Source: a virus. From it: DNA of 64,000 bases. A program made the translations under genes and the position numbers. Under the pieces are notes generated by a model. The model was not told the origin of the DNA. It worked only from the letters and a program-made list of their open reading frames with translations, and did not search any database. Positions 30,006 to 41,238 of the stretch are shown here, piece after piece (within the stretch, counting starts at the first letter, position 1; each line of letters opens with the position of its first letter). The stretch lies in IMG/VR virus record IMGVR_UViG_3300025121_000030, positions 1 through 64,000 of that record; one strand, written 5' to 3'.

Positions 30006-30968
30006 ATGCCAAGATTAACTAAAACTATTAAGAATATTAAAGAAGTTAAAACTGTATCTGGAGAAGGTTATTGTAGAATTTGTATGAAAATGCATCCTAT
30101 ATCTTATTTTTATGAATGTACAAATCCAAATATAGATAAAAATGGTTATCTTTCAATTTGTCGAGATCATTGTAATGAGATTTTCGATAATTATTTCTCA
30201 ATACATAATAATATAGATATTGCTTTAAAATTAACATGTAGAGATTTAGATGTAAGGTATAGCGAAGAAGCGTTAAAACAAGCACAATCGCATGTAGAAA
30301 ATTTAATGTCTAAAGGTAAAAAAGCAAGTAAATTATTTGGATATTATAAAAGTAAACTTGGGTCCACAAGTAAGAATAATGAAAAATTAGAATCATTTAG
30401 ATTTAAAGATAGTGAATTTGAAAATATTATTAATGATCAAGTTGAAGAAGAAATTGATGATGATTTAGTTTTATTTTGGGGAAGAGGATTTTCATTAGAT
30501 GATTATATATTTTTAGAATTAGAATTGTCAAATTGGAAACAAACACATAAATGTGATAATCAAGCTGAAATAACATTACTGAAAGAAATTTGTGTAAAAA
30601 TATTAATAATAAGAAATAAACGTGCAGATAAAGAAGGCGTATCACAAGATGTAAAAGAATTACAAGAACTTTTTAAAACAGCATCAGTTGATCCTGCAAA
30701 AGCTAATCAAGCAAGTGCTGGAAAATCACATGAAGCATTTGGTTTATGGGTAAAAGATATTGAACAATTTAGACCAGCAGAATGGTATGAACAACAAGAT
30801 AAATATAAAGATATAGATGGATTTAAACCATATCTGAAAAATTATATTTCTCGTCCCATTGAAAATTTTCTTACAGGTGTTAGAAATTTCTTTGTTGATG
30901 ATAATATTGATGCTGATTTAGATAGTGTTGATGTTGGGAAAATTGATGGTGATTTTAATGGGTCGTAG
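30006..30968 (+). CDS. Zn-finger protein, putative terminase small subunit (YonG position)
   Basis: CRIC..ICRDHC; FWGRGF...DY.FLE; overlaps the TerL start. Confidence 0.65.
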   Translation: MPRLTKTIKNIKEVKTVSGEGYCRICMKMHPISYFYECTNPNIDKNGYLSICRDHCNEIFDNYFSIHNNIDIALKLTCRDLDVRYSEEALKQAQSHVENLMSKGKKASKLFGYYKSKLGSTSKNNEKLESFRFKDSEFENIINDQVEEEIDDDLVLFWGRGFSLDDYIFLELELSNWKQTHKCDNQAEITLLKEICVKILIIRNKRADKEGVSQDVKELQELFKTASVDPAKANQASAGKSHEAFGLWVKDIEQFRPAEWYEQQDKYKDIDGFKPYLKNYISRPIENFLTGVRNFFVDDNIDADLDSVDVGKIDGDFNGS

Positions 30969-32796
30969 TTATAATAATTATCAAAATAATCATAGTAAGT
31001 ATTCTGGACATAGTAATCAATTTAAAGCACCTAAGTCAATGATAAAAGATAAAGATAGAAATGAACAATGGCAAGAAAATTTAATTGATTGGACTACTTT
31101 TTATCGACGTAATATTCATAGATTTATTCAACATTATTTTGGAGTACAATTATATTGGTATCAAATAATTTGGATATATTTTATGAGTATATGTGAAAGT
31201 TTTGTTACAATTGCAAGTAGAGCAGCAGCAAAGTCATGGTTAATTGCTTTATTGGCTTATGCTAGAGGTGTACTTTATCCAAATAGTGAAATTGTAATTG
31301 TAGCAGCCTCAATGAAACAGGCAGGTATTATATTTGGTAAAATGTCAAGATTAAAAGATGACTATCCAAATATTTCTAGAGAAGTAAAAGATTTTTCAGA
31401 TACTCAAAATAATTGTAGTTGTACTTTACAAAATGGAACAACTATTAAGGTTGTAGCTTGTCAGGAAAGTGGGAGAGGAGAAAGATCTACTTTCACAATT
31501 GGTGAAGAATTTCGTATAATGGACAAAACAAAATTTGATGCGATAGTAAAACCATTTTCATATGCTAGACAAACACCATATTTAATGAAACCAGAATATG
31601 CAAATGAAAAAATTTTAATTGAAGAACCAAGACAAGTTCTTATATCTTCTGCTTATCATAAAGGATTATGGTGGTATAAAGAAACTTTAGACACTATAAA
31701 AATGATGTTAGAAGGAAAAGATGCAGGTTTTATTGCTTTTGATTATTTAATTGCTATTAAACATAATATTAAAACTAAAAAAGCAATAGCAAGAGACAGA
31801 TCGACTATGGATGCAATAACTTTTTTAGAAGAATATGAAAATATCCCATTTGGAGAGAACAGTAATTCTTATTTTAAATTAGATATGTTTCAAAAAAATA
31901 GAAAATTAAAGAAGTCGTTTTATCCTTTAAGACATGATATATTAAATAAAAAGAAAAATCCAAATGAAATAAAAAGAGTAGATGGAGAAATTAGAATTGT
32001 TTCAGTAGATATTGCTGCAAGAAAAGGTCAGAAAAATGACAATACAATTATTACTTGTATAAGAGCATTACCTACATTAAAAGGATATCACCGTGAATAT
32101 GTTTATATGGAATCAAAACAAGGTGAGCATACCGAAAAACAAGCATTACGAATAAAACAAATTTATCATGATTTTGAAGCAGATTATATTGTACTTGATT
32201 TACATAACGTAGGTATTACAATTTTCGAGAGACTTGCAACAGTAACAAAAGATGATGAACGTGGAATTGAATATGATGCTTTTACAGTATATGAACATAA
32301 ATCTCTCGATAAATCATTGATTGATGAATTAAAAGAAAAAACTTTAGCAGCAAAAGCAAAACCTGTTATATATCCTGTTTTAGCTAATGCTAGATTAAAT
32401 AGTGATATTGCAGTAGATTTTAAAGATAAACTACAAAGAAATATGTGTAATTTCCTTATTGATGAAAATGATGGTGAAGAATATCTAAATAAAACAAATA
32501 AAGATTTTTCTCGCAATCAAGATATTAATTTAACTGTATGGTATATTCATCCATATAGACAATTTTCAGAAATGGTTAATGAGACTATTAATTTAGAATA
32601 TACCATACTTAATGGAAATATTAAATTAGAAACAATTGGTACAGCAAGGAAAGATAGGTATACAAGTTGCAGTTATGGAGGGTATTTTATTTCTTTATTA
32701 GAACAAGATTTATTAAAAGAAAAAGAAGAAGATGATCTTGAAAATTTCTTTATTGCTCCAACATCAAAACCTTGGGAAAAATTTTCAAATTACTAA
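30958..32796 (+). CDS. terL: terminase large subunit (YonF-like)
   Basis: ASRAAAKSW Walker A, RGER, IGEEFR Walker B, ISSA, VSVDIA and VLD nuclease residues, RKDRYTS. Confidence 0.9.
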   Translation: MGRSYNNYQNNHSKYSGHSNQFKAPKSMIKDKDRNEQWQENLIDWTTFYRRNIHRFIQHYFGVQLYWYQIIWIYFMSICESFVTIASRAAAKSWLIALLAYARGVLYPNSEIVIVAASMKQAGIIFGKMSRLKDDYPNISREVKDFSDTQNNCSCTLQNGTTIKVVACQESGRGERSTFTIGEEFRIMDKTKFDAIVKPFSYARQTPYLMKPEYANEKILIEEPRQVLISSAYHKGLWWYKETLDTIKMMLEGKDAGFIAFDYLIAIKHNIKTKKAIARDRSTMDAITFLEEYENIPFGENSNSYFKLDMFQKNRKLKKSFYPLRHDILNKKKNPNEIKRVDGEIRIVSVDIAARKGQKNDNTIITCIRALPTLKGYHREYVYMESKQGEHTEKQALRIKQIYHDFEADYIVLDLHNVGITIFERLATVTKDDERGIEYDAFTVYEHKSLDKSLIDELKEKTLAAKAKPVIYPVLANARLNSDIAVDFKDKLQRNMCNFLIDENDGEEYLNKTNKDFSRNQDINLTVWYIHPYRQFSEMVNETINLEYTILNGNIKLETIGTARKDRYTSCSYGGYFISLLEQDLLKEKEEDDLENFFIAPTSKPWEKFSNY

Positions 32797-32820
32797 TTAA
32801 TCACTTAAAAAAGTAGGCAG

Positions 32821-34434
32821 GTGAAATATTTGGCAAGAAAAAAGCAAAAATCACTTTCTGTTACAACAAATAGTAATAATAATATAAATAGTAATATAAA
32901 CAGTGATATATCAAATACAGATATGTCACCAGATAAATTTTTAGAAACATATTCTAATACATTATATAGTTTGTTAAGAAAGATAAATAATAATCAAGGA
33001 TACTATCCACATTATAGTAACTCTTTGATGAAAGATATAAATATATCTCCATATAAACCTACTTCTCAAGAGATTGAGAAATGGTTATTACAACCTCATA
33101 GATATGAACAACAATTAAGTAATTTGTCACAGTATCTTGAGGGGGTATCTTTACAATTTGAACGTGTAGTTTATCATTTTGCATCTAATCTTGATTTTTA
33201 TTATTACATTTATCCTATCACTCCCGTTCCCGATCCTAAAAAAGATAAAAAAGCGTTTGCTACATATAAAAACTCTAAAAAGAAAGCATTAGATTTTTTA
33301 ACGAAACTTAGAATTCAAGAACAATTTTTTAATATAACTTTAGGTGTCATACGTGAGGGTGGAAAATTTTACTATTTAAGAGAAGCGGATAATTATATTG
33401 ATTATCAAGAAATGCCTTCTGGAGATAATAGATGTATTATAAATGGAAGAACAAGTTTAGGATACACATATGCCTTTGACATGACGTTTTTCCTTCGTAC
33501 ACCACAATCACTTAATGATTATGCTTCTGAATTTACTGATTGGTTTGAAGATTTTTATGAGGATATTAAGACTAATCAAAATTATTTTATACAAATGCCA
33601 CCTAAAAAATCGGTAGTGTTTCTTTTTGATGACACCAAGGCTGCTAGATTGAATCCTTTAAGGGGTTTGTTTAGAGATGTGTTAGGAATAGATGAATATC
33701 GTCAACTCTTGAAGACCAAAACGATGTTAGACACATTTAAATTAATATATTTACAAGCACCACTGGATAAAGATGGAAAACCTTCCATAGATTTCAATAC
33801 TACTGCCAAATGGGTGGCGGCTTGTCAAGCTGGCTTAAATTTCGGAACTACAGTATTTTCCTCTCCAATGAGTGCCACAGAAATCAAGACCTCTGACAAT
33901 CAAAGTATAGCAGCAATTTCAAGTATAGTGGGAAATAGTATGTGGCAAAATTCTGGTATATCACCGTTAACATATGGTTCAGCAGATGGTAAATCTGGTT
34001 CTGCTGTTAAAAATAGTAATACTACTGATATGCAATTTATAAATCATATGTACAGACAATATACTAAAAATATAAATTATCAATTAGCACAAAGAACGGG
34101 TTCTTATAAATTTGGGATTAAGATGTTCGGGGACTCATTTAGTCGTGAAGAAGTTTCGAATAGGTATAAGAACGCTGCAACCCTTGGCGTGTGTCGTAAA
34201 GAATATCTCGCTTCTTTGGGAAAATTACCAGAAGAATATGAAATGCAGATGGATGATGAGACACTATATAGTTGGGACACGCAACAATTCATTCCTTTTA
34301 GTACGTCTTATACTCAAAGCGGAAGCAATCCTAGTAATTTAGGTGGTAGGGAGAAAAAACCTGATGACCAGCTAAATGACGGAGGAGCCACTACTAGGGA
34401 CTACGACTCAAACGATGGAAAAGTTATAAGCTAA
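32821..34434 (+). CDS. portal protein (YonE-like)
   Basis: follows TerL, 537 aa; REG..Y, YAFDMTFF, C-terminal TSYTQSG...GGR. Confidence 0.8.
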   Translation: MKYLARKKQKSLSVTTNSNNNINSNINSDISNTDMSPDKFLETYSNTLYSLLRKINNNQGYYPHYSNSLMKDINISPYKPTSQEIEKWLLQPHRYEQQLSNLSQYLEGVSLQFERVVYHFASNLDFYYYIYPITPVPDPKKDKKAFATYKNSKKKALDFLTKLRIQEQFFNITLGVIREGGKFYYLREADNYIDYQEMPSGDNRCIINGRTSLGYTYAFDMTFFLRTPQSLNDYASEFTDWFEDFYEDIKTNQNYFIQMPPKKSVVFLFDDTKAARLNPLRGLFRDVLGIDEYRQLLKTKTMLDTFKLIYLQAPLDKDGKPSIDFNTTAKWVAACQAGLNFGTTVFSSPMSATEIKTSDNQSIAAISSIVGNSMWQNSGISPLTYGSADGKSGSAVKNSNTTDMQFINHMYRQYTKNINYQLAQRTGSYKFGIKMFGDSFSREEVSNRYKNAATLGVCRKEYLASLGKLPEEYEMQMDDETLYSWDTQQFIPFSTSYTQSGSNPSNLGGREKKPDDQLNDGGATTRDYDSNDGKVIS

Positions 34435-34455
34435 TTAAATTAAATATAAATATTA

Positions 34456-34484
34456 TTGACAAAGTTATAAAATAATAGTATAAT
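34456..34484 (+). promoter_or_regulatory. consensus sigma-A promoter driving leader RNA plus endonuclease
   Basis: TTGACA-17-TATAAT; predicted +1 near 34491. Confidence 0.8.
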
Positions 34485-34490
34485 AATATT

Positions 34491-34591
34491 GGGATAGATA
34501 AGGAAGTCATGAGCCTTATTGATAAGAGAATATCCGAGTTCTTTTCCCTTATTTAAAATTCTCGGAAAATAAAAATAATTGCTGTCGGAGG
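34491..34591 (+). ncRNA. structured 5' leader, copy A (three-way junction + pseudoknot)
   Basis: P1 ggga/tccc, P2 gataagg/ccttatt, P3 aagagaa/ttctttt; loop tccgag pairs with ctcgga at 34561. Confidence 0.65.
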
Positions 34592-34600
34592 TAATAATTA

Positions 34601-36259
34601 ATGTTGCTAACAAAAGAAGTAGAAATTGGCTTAAGTGGAAGACATATTAAATGGTATAAAAATAAAGGATATATAATACCAAGGGAAAAAGATAATCAAG
34701 GAAGGTTGTCAGTTCCACAGAATACAAAAATATTAGTTAAAGTAGAGGATTTATTAGATAGTTATAAGGTGCAAGTTGATATTGGATGTGATGAGTGTGG
34801 AGAATATTTAAAAACAATAGCATTGAATGATTATCGAAAATATATTAAAGACGATGAACAACATTATTGTATAAATTGTTTTAATTCATTATATATTAAT
34901 GGAATTAAAGCACAAGAAGTTAAGCAAATAATTAATAATAACTTAGGAGATACTTGGAAATTACTTAATGTTAAAATAATAAATACTCAAATTAATGTAG
35001 ATTTAATTAATTCGGATGGATATATGTATAGTAAAATTAAAATTTCCAGCATAAAAAAAGGTTATATACCACAAGGGTTTTATAAATCTAATATATACAT
35101 ATATCAAAATATTAATAATTGGTGTAAAATAAATAATTATAATATTAGATTGAGTGATGAGTACATTGGCTATGATGTAAAACTTAAATGGGAATGTTTA
35201 GACTGTAATCATATATTTGAAAGAAGTATGAATGCTATTACACGTGGGCAAGTGGGATGTTCTATTTGTGGAGATAATATTTCATACCCCAATAAGTTTG
35301 GACGTAATTTATTAAACCAATTAAATAATACATACAAATTAAAATATATAAAATTCGAATATTCACCGGATTGGATTAAACCTAAGAGATATGATAGTTA
35401 TTTTGAATTTAATAATAAAAAATATATAATTGAAATGGATAGAGCATTGGGACATGGTAATAAAAAAACATTAGATGGAACCACCCCTGAAGAATCTCAA
35501 GCTATAGATGATTATAAAGATAAAAAAGCAAAAGAACATAATATTAAGATGATTAGAATTGATTGTGTAAAATCAGATATGAAATATATTAGAGATAATA
35601 TTTTAGTTAGTGGATTAGCACAGATATTTGATTTATCTAATATTGATTGGTTAAAATGTCATGAGTTTGCTTGTAACAATTTAGTAAAAGAAACATCTAA
35701 ATTATGGAATGCTGGAATTAAAAATTCATCAGAAATTAGTGTTATTCTGAACTTAGGAAAGAGAACAGTTATAAGATATCTTAATGAATGTAGTAAATTG
35801 GGGTGGTGTGATTATGATGCCAATGAAATACAAAAAGCAAGTGGGGTAAGATTAGGAAAATCAGGGGCGAAACCAGTTGTTCAATTGTCGTTAAGTGGTG
35901 AATATGTTCAAGAATATAGTAGCATGGTTGAAGCTGAAAAACAAACAGGAATTATTATTATGAGTATTTCATCTTGTTGCAGAGGTAAATTAAAATCTGC
36001 TGGTGGATATCAATGGATGTTTCTTTCAGATTATAATAAAAGCGAAATAAAACAATATAAAAAATCTCCATATGTTAAAAAAGTTGTTCAACTATCACTA
36101 AATAAAGAATATATTTCGGAGTTTGATAGTATTATTGAAGCAGAAAGACAATTAAAAATAAATCATTCAAATATTTCTTCTTGTTGTCTTGGTAAATATA
36201 ATCATGCAGGTGGTTTTAAATGGATGTACAAATCAGATTATGAAAAATTAGTTGGATAG
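34601..36259 (+). CDS. putative free-standing homing endonuclease (Zn ribbons, Vsr-like, two NUMOD1)
   Basis: paralogous to 13539 (ISYPNK, RYD.YF, EMD..GH, RIDC); ISSCC.GK..SAGG.W x2. Confidence 0.8.
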   Translation: MLLTKEVEIGLSGRHIKWYKNKGYIIPREKDNQGRLSVPQNTKILVKVEDLLDSYKVQVDIGCDECGEYLKTIALNDYRKYIKDDEQHYCINCFNSLYINGIKAQEVKQIINNNLGDTWKLLNVKIINTQINVDLINSDGYMYSKIKISSIKKGYIPQGFYKSNIYIYQNINNWCKINNYNIRLSDEYIGYDVKLKWECLDCNHIFERSMNAITRGQVGCSICGDNISYPNKFGRNLLNQLNNTYKLKYIKFEYSPDWIKPKRYDSYFEFNNKKYIIEMDRALGHGNKKTLDGTTPEESQAIDDYKDKKAKEHNIKMIRIDCVKSDMKYIRDNILVSGLAQIFDLSNIDWLKCHEFACNNLVKETSKLWNAGIKNSSEISVILNLGKRTVIRYLNECSKLGWCDYDANEIQKASGVRLGKSGAKPVVQLSLSGEYVQEYSSMVEAEKQTGIIIMSISSCCRGKLKSAGGYQWMFLSDYNKSEIKQYKKSPYVKKVVQLSLNKEYISEFDSIIEAERQLKINHSNISSCCLGKYNHAGGFKWMYKSDYEKLVG

Positions 36260-36289
36260 AATAAAAATACAATAATATAAAAGTAAGTT

Positions 36290-36316
36290 AAAGACTATAT
36301 GTTTATAGTCTTTTTT
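36290..36316 (+). terminator. intrinsic terminator
   Basis: aaagactata/tatagtcttt plus T tract. Confidence 0.65.
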
Positions 36317-36355
36317 ATTTGTAATAAATAACAACAAAAAGTGAGTTGATAATAT

Positions 36356-36550
36356 ATGTACATAAAAAATGCAGAACAAATATTTTCTAAAGATGAACTT
36401 TATTATTGTTATGATATTAAAATTAAAAATTTCTTATGTAATGTAAAAAATATTCAATATATAAAAAAAAGTAAAGGAGAAGGTAAATTTTATTGGATAT
36501 TTTTGATGAGTGATGAATTAGAAATTTATTTAAAGGAATGGAATAGTTAG
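36356..36550 (+). CDS. small hypothetical protein (DUF5659-like)
   Basis: YYCYD..IKNFL...FYWIF..SDEL...L.EW. Confidence 0.55.
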   Translation: MYIKNAEQIFSKDELYYCYDIKIKNFLCNVKNIQYIKKSKGEGKFYWIFLMSDELEIYLKEWNS

Positions 36551-36647
36551 AAAAAATAATTTTAAAGAAGTTAAAACTAAATTAACTTCTTTTTTTATTG
36601 ATAATTTTAATTTCGATTTAACCAATTTAAAGGAGGTGAGTTAATTT

Positions 36648-38609
36648 GTGAGTGAAATAGTAAAATTTAATTGTGATAAATTTACTATAATAAGAGATGA
36701 TCCTAGATTTTTGGTTTGTAAATTTTTCTTTGGACTTATCGGTTCTAACTATAATGGTAGTGTAATCGAAAAGGAAGATTATGAAAATAATAAAAATTTT
36801 ATAGGATACACGCCGATTTGTGGTAAATTTAAAAATGGAGATTTTAAAGAACATGAAATTGATGAATATCCGTTAGGTAGTATATTAAGTTTAGAAGATT
36901 GTGAATATGGGTATGAAATATATGAAAATCTTGAGTATGCCACAGCATTAGGCGTGATCCAAAAAGAATACCTCACAAAGGAATCCGAGAATATTCTCAA
37001 AAGTGGCACAAAAAAAATAAGTATAGAAATTGAAGTTCTTAAAAAAGAAAAACTATCTAGTGGTAAGTTTAGGTTTAAGGAGTGGATTTATCAGTGTATA
37101 ACTATTCTAGGAGATAAACTAGAAATAGCAACTGGTATGAAAAACGCACATCTTGAAGTTTTAAATAAACCAAGAGAAGCATATGCAAGTTTTTGTAAAA
37201 GTACAATAGAAACTTTTGCAAAACAAGACACAGACAATAAATTTCAGTTAGGTGATTCCGTAATACCAACAGAATTACACATGCCAGAACACGAAGGTAA
37301 AACAGGAATAATTTCAGAAGTAAAAAATGGCTATTATTATGCAATTAAATTTATTGGCGATGAAGAACAGCATGAGTGGTATGCAGAAGATGAATTAAAA
37401 ATTTTTAAGAATGAAGAATTTTCAGTTGGAATTGAATTAGGTAAATCTAATTCAATTGAAATAAAAAATGATAAAGATAATTCTGTTGTTGGTGATTGGG
37501 AAGATCCTGGAGCGAAGATGTTAAATAGTCTACTTAAAGCAAGCAATCATGCTTCGCTTATAAAAGAAGCATATTTAATTATTGATGAAAATGTAGATAA
37601 TGATTTATCTGTTAATAATGTCCATTATCCACATCATATTATAAATGATGGTAATTTAGTGGTACATTATAGGGGAATTCAATCTGCATTAAGCAGAGCA
37701 AGAGCACAAGGTATAACTGGTAGTCCTATATCACATTTAAAAAAACATTATAAACAATTGGGTCTTAATATGGATAACTTTGAAAAATTTAATTTAACTA
37801 AAGAAGATTATAGTTATCTATTTGAAGATATAAATAATTTTAAAGAAAGTGAGGTAGATAAGGTGGTATTTAATAAGGAAGAGTTTGCAAAAAATTTTAA
37901 TGCAGTAGCAAATGAAATGTGGGGTAATATAGTCAATGCTAGTGAAATAAAAGCAGAAGATTTAAAGGCATTTGCAAAAGAAATTCTTACTGAAGAATTT
38001 AATAGTTTTGCTAAAATAAAAGTAGATGAAAAAAATGTGGAATTTATTCAAGAAAAAGAAACTTTACAATCTACTTTTGAATCTGAAAAAGAAACTATTA
38101 AAGCAGAATTTATTACTAAATCAGAAGAATTTACTACACAATTAGCGGAATTCACCACTCAATTAGAAGAAAAACAAAATTCTATTGTTTCTTTAGGTCA
38201 AGAACTAGATGGTTTAAAAGAACAATATTCTGCCAAAGAAACAGAAATTGAAACTTTTAAATCTGAAGTTGAGACTTATAAAACAGAGAATGAGATTCTT
38301 AAAACTGATATTGTTAATTTTGCTAAAGAAAAGAAAGAAACTCAAGCAGAAATTATTCTTTCTAAATTCGCAAAGAAAATTAATGAAGATGAAAGAAAAG
38401 ATTTATTTGGTAAACTTGAAAAATTTAATACTGTTGAAGAATTTGAGAAAGAAGTTAAAGCTTTTGTTTGTGATAAATATGAAGCTGAAACTAAAGGAAA
38501 GAAAGATTTTGCAAGTTATTCTCGTATGGGAATTGTTGTAACAAATGAAACTAAGCCTGAAGGTGAACATTGGACTGATTATGTAAAAGATTATCAAGAA
38601 AAAAATTAA
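36648..38609 (+). CDS. prohead protease/scaffold (YonD-like) with inserted domains
   Basis: NYNGS.I, TPICG, HE, ISIEI, ITILG protease-like N-terminus; acidic coiled-coil C-terminus; position before the capsid genes. Confidence 0.78.
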   Translation: MSEIVKFNCDKFTIIRDDPRFLVCKFFFGLIGSNYNGSVIEKEDYENNKNFIGYTPICGKFKNGDFKEHEIDEYPLGSILSLEDCEYGYEIYENLEYATALGVIQKEYLTKESENILKSGTKKISIEIEVLKKEKLSSGKFRFKEWIYQCITILGDKLEIATGMKNAHLEVLNKPREAYASFCKSTIETFAKQDTDNKFQLGDSVIPTELHMPEHEGKTGIISEVKNGYYYAIKFIGDEEQHEWYAEDELKIFKNEEFSVGIELGKSNSIEIKNDKDNSVVGDWEDPGAKMLNSLLKASNHASLIKEAYLIIDENVDNDLSVNNVHYPHHIINDGNLVVHYRGIQSALSRARAQGITGSPISHLKKHYKQLGLNMDNFEKFNLTKEDYSYLFEDINNFKESEVDKVVFNKEEFAKNFNAVANEMWGNIVNASEIKAEDLKAFAKEILTEEFNSFAKIKVDEKNVEFIQEKETLQSTFESEKETIKAEFITKSEEFTTQLAEFTTQLEEKQNSIVSLGQELDGLKEQYSAKETEIETFKSEVETYKTENEILKTDIVNFAKEKKETQAEIILSKFAKKINEDERKDLFGKLEKFNTVEEFEKEVKAFVCDKYEAETKGKKDFASYSRMGIVVTNETKPEGEHWTDYVKDYQEKN

Positions 38610-38635
38610 ATTAATATTTAAAGGAGGAATTTTTA

Positions 38636-39151
38636 GTGAGCAATATATGTGAATTTATGAATGAGGCAATTTTTGATGCTGATGTATTAAGTGTACAACA
38701 TGCTTCAACAGCACTCGATGATGGTTATGTAGGTGAATTAACTGGTTTAGTATCTGGAGAAAGAGATTTATATGCAATTGCTACTGCTACTGCTGTAACT
38801 ACTAATGAAGTAGTAATGGTTGTTGGTGCAGAAGTCCATATTGATGCATTTGGGTTTAGAACTCCGGTACATAATAAGGCAACTTTTACTTATATCGCAG
38901 GGATGCCAGTCCGTGCTTATAGAATGAGAGTTGGTATGAGATTTAAAATTAATACTTCTGCTATTAGTGGCACTCCTGTTGTTGGACAGTATGTAATTCC
39001 TGCTAATGGAACTTTTACACTTGCTTCTGCTGCTACTTTAGCTGGCGGAACAAGATTGGCATTTGTAGTTGAAGAAACTGGTTCTACTTGTAATATTTTT
39101 ACTGGAAAGACTGCTATTCCAGCTACAATTATTCGCGTAATTAAAGACTAA
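38636..39151 (+). CDS. capsid-associated/decoration protein (YonC position)
   Basis: small beta-rich protein between scaffold and MCP. Confidence 0.65.
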   Translation: MSNICEFMNEAIFDADVLSVQHASTALDDGYVGELTGLVSGERDLYAIATATAVTTNEVVMVVGAEVHIDAFGFRTPVHNKATFTYIAGMPVRAYRMRVGMRFKINTSAISGTPVVGQYVIPANGTFTLASAATLAGGTRLAFVVEETGSTCNIFTGKTAIPATIIRVIKD

Positions 39152-39186
39152 ATAAAAATATAAAAAGGAAAGGATGAAAAATAATA

Positions 39187-40296
39187 ATGAATATACTTAC
39201 TAAGTTTTCTAAGAAACAAATTGCTACGGTTGATTTAGGTGTAGAATTATACAAACATTATCTTTATGAAAGAGAAAATAATTTAGGACAATATAGTAGA
39301 TTTGCTACTTTTGCTAATACTACTGATAATAGTGGTCATGTAATTTCTTTTAAAGATAAAAATAATATTTTTAGTAATATGCTTGCTGATGAGGCTTATG
39401 AGATTTCTGGTTTGGATAAAGAACGTTTTGGAATTAGAGATGCTTTTGCTTTTCAAACTTTTGAAAGAGCATATTTTTCTGTAGTAGAAGCAGTTATTAA
39501 TAAAATTAACGCAAAAACAGAAATTGAATCAGCTTTAAATTTTGCAGAGGTAAAATCTATTGCGGATGGAGATAGTTTAACTTTCCACATTCCGTCAAAC
39601 CATTTATTGTCTGTATCTACTGTTGCTAATGGTGTGAGAAGTGTACATTTCCAAAACCTCTGGGAAGAAGATATTACTTTAAATCCTAAAAGAAAGAAAA
39701 TTGGCGTAAAGATTGATACATATCGTCTTGCAACAGGAATGTATGATTGGGGTTGGTTGTTGAATCAGGTAGTTAAATCTTTTAGAACTAAGTTGCAACA
39801 AGAAGTAATTAATATTATTTATGGTGCATATTCCACTCTTGCAACTAATTTTAAAGAAACTACTTATGCTCAAGATTCATATATTCGTTTAGCAGAAAGA
39901 GTTGCTGCTGCTAATGGTGGTATAACTGCAACTTCTGTAGGTACAAAAACTGCTCTAAATAAGATTTTACCTACTAATGACTATATGAAAATGCCTATAG
40001 GCAGAGAATATGTAGACGTTGGTTATATTCAAGCTCCATTCGGAATTCCTACTTTGAAATTAGAGCAATCCATTAACCCAAACAGTGCTTATGATTTTGC
40101 TTTAGATAATAATTATGTGATACTTATGTCTATTGCTACTGATAAATTGGTAAAAATTGGTACTGAGGGACGTTCTACTATAAGGGCATCAAAAGAATAC
40201 GAAACTAGTGACGGCACGAATTCTTATACTATTACAGATAGTTGGGATCTCAAGATTATTTCGATGGCATATTTTGGGATAGTAAAAGTGAGCTAG
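39187..40296 (+). CDS. major capsid protein (YonB-like)
   Basis: 369 aa, synteny; FAEVKSIADGD, GT..AL.KI, downstream terminator. Confidence 0.8.
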   Translation: MNILTKFSKKQIATVDLGVELYKHYLYERENNLGQYSRFATFANTTDNSGHVISFKDKNNIFSNMLADEAYEISGLDKERFGIRDAFAFQTFERAYFSVVEAVINKINAKTEIESALNFAEVKSIADGDSLTFHIPSNHLLSVSTVANGVRSVHFQNLWEEDITLNPKRKKIGVKIDTYRLATGMYDWGWLLNQVVKSFRTKLQQEVINIIYGAYSTLATNFKETTYAQDSYIRLAERVAAANGGITATSVGTKTALNKILPTNDYMKMPIGREYVDVGYIQAPFGIPTLKLEQSINPNSAYDFALDNNYVILMSIATDKLVKIGTEGRSTIRASKEYETSDGTNSYTITDSWDLKIISMAYFGIVKVS

Positions 40297-40365
40297 TAAT
40301 TTATAATTTTATTTTAGAATAATAATATAATTCTTTATAGGTATTGAAAATTTAATAAATATAAT

Positions 40366-40393
40366 AAAAGAGATATATTTATATATCTCTTTT
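40366..40393 (+). terminator. intrinsic terminator after the MCP gene
   Basis: aaaagagatata/tatatctctttt. Confidence 0.65.
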
Positions 40394-40472
40394 ATTTATT
40401 ATTTAAGAAAATAATATATATAATTAACTAATCATTAATAAATCAATATATCGGAGGCATTAAAAACAATTT

Positions 40473-41222
40473 ATGGCAAAATCAAAAAGTGAAAATAAAT
40501 TAGATTCTAATTTAGATAATATAATTAATGAAGAAACTAATCAAATTAATTCTAATTCAATTGATATTTCAGAAGAATTAAAGAAAGAATTAGAATTAAC
40601 AAATCAAAAAAATAAAGATCTTGAAGATAAAATTAATAATATTACTATTATGATGGAAAAACTATTAGAATCACAAAATAAAATAAATGAAAATAAATCT
40701 GATATAGAAACAATAAAATCTGAAACAAATAAAGGATTTAAATCTTATGTGACGATAGATCCTACAAAGAGAGTATTGTTAATGCAAATGGAACATGCAG
40801 GAGGTAGTTTTTTTACTCATAACAATAAACTTATTAGATTTAATAACTATGGACATATAAATCCTGTGCGTTTTGAAGATGTTGAAAGTTTAGTATCTAG
40901 ATATCGCGATCATTTTGAAAATCTTGAAATTAGAATATTAAACGATGATGATGTAATTGATACTTTATATCTTAGAGAAAATTATAAAAAATATGATATT
41001 TCAAAAGAAGAAATTGATAATATTATAGAATTAGATACAAATAAATTAATAGAAAAAATAAAGTCATTGTCAAAACCACTGCAAGAATCAGTGTTAGCAT
41101 TAATCATTTCAAATGTAGCTAAAAACAATCCAAAATATTTAGATAAAAATAAATGGGAAGTTTTAAATAATGTTTTTAATATTAATATTCAAGAATTTTC
41201 AAATAAATATGTGATTAATTAA
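40473..41222 (+). CDS. phage protein (YonA position)
   Basis: coiled-coil N-terminus; synteny. Confidence 0.65.
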   Translation: MAKSKSENKLDSNLDNIINEETNQINSNSIDISEELKKELELTNQKNKDLEDKINNITIMMEKLLESQNKINENKSDIETIKSETNKGFKSYVTIDPTKRVLLMQMEHAGGSFFTHNNKLIRFNNYGHINPVRFEDVESLVSRYRDHFENLEIRILNDDDVIDTLYLRENYKKYDISKEEIDNIIELDTNKLIEKIKSLSKPLQESVLALIISNVAKNNPKYLDKNKWEVLNNVFNINIQEFSNKYVIN

Positions 41223-41238
41223 GAAAGGAGAAATATAT

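Noticed and set aside
30958-32796. Intein in the terminase
   Set aside because: Length and motif spacing are normal; no splicing motifs
34491-34591. Assigning the leader to a known riboswitch or hammerhead ribozyme
   Set aside because: I could not find a conserved CUGAnGA/GAAA core or a known aptamer consensus across the copies, so it is left unassigned
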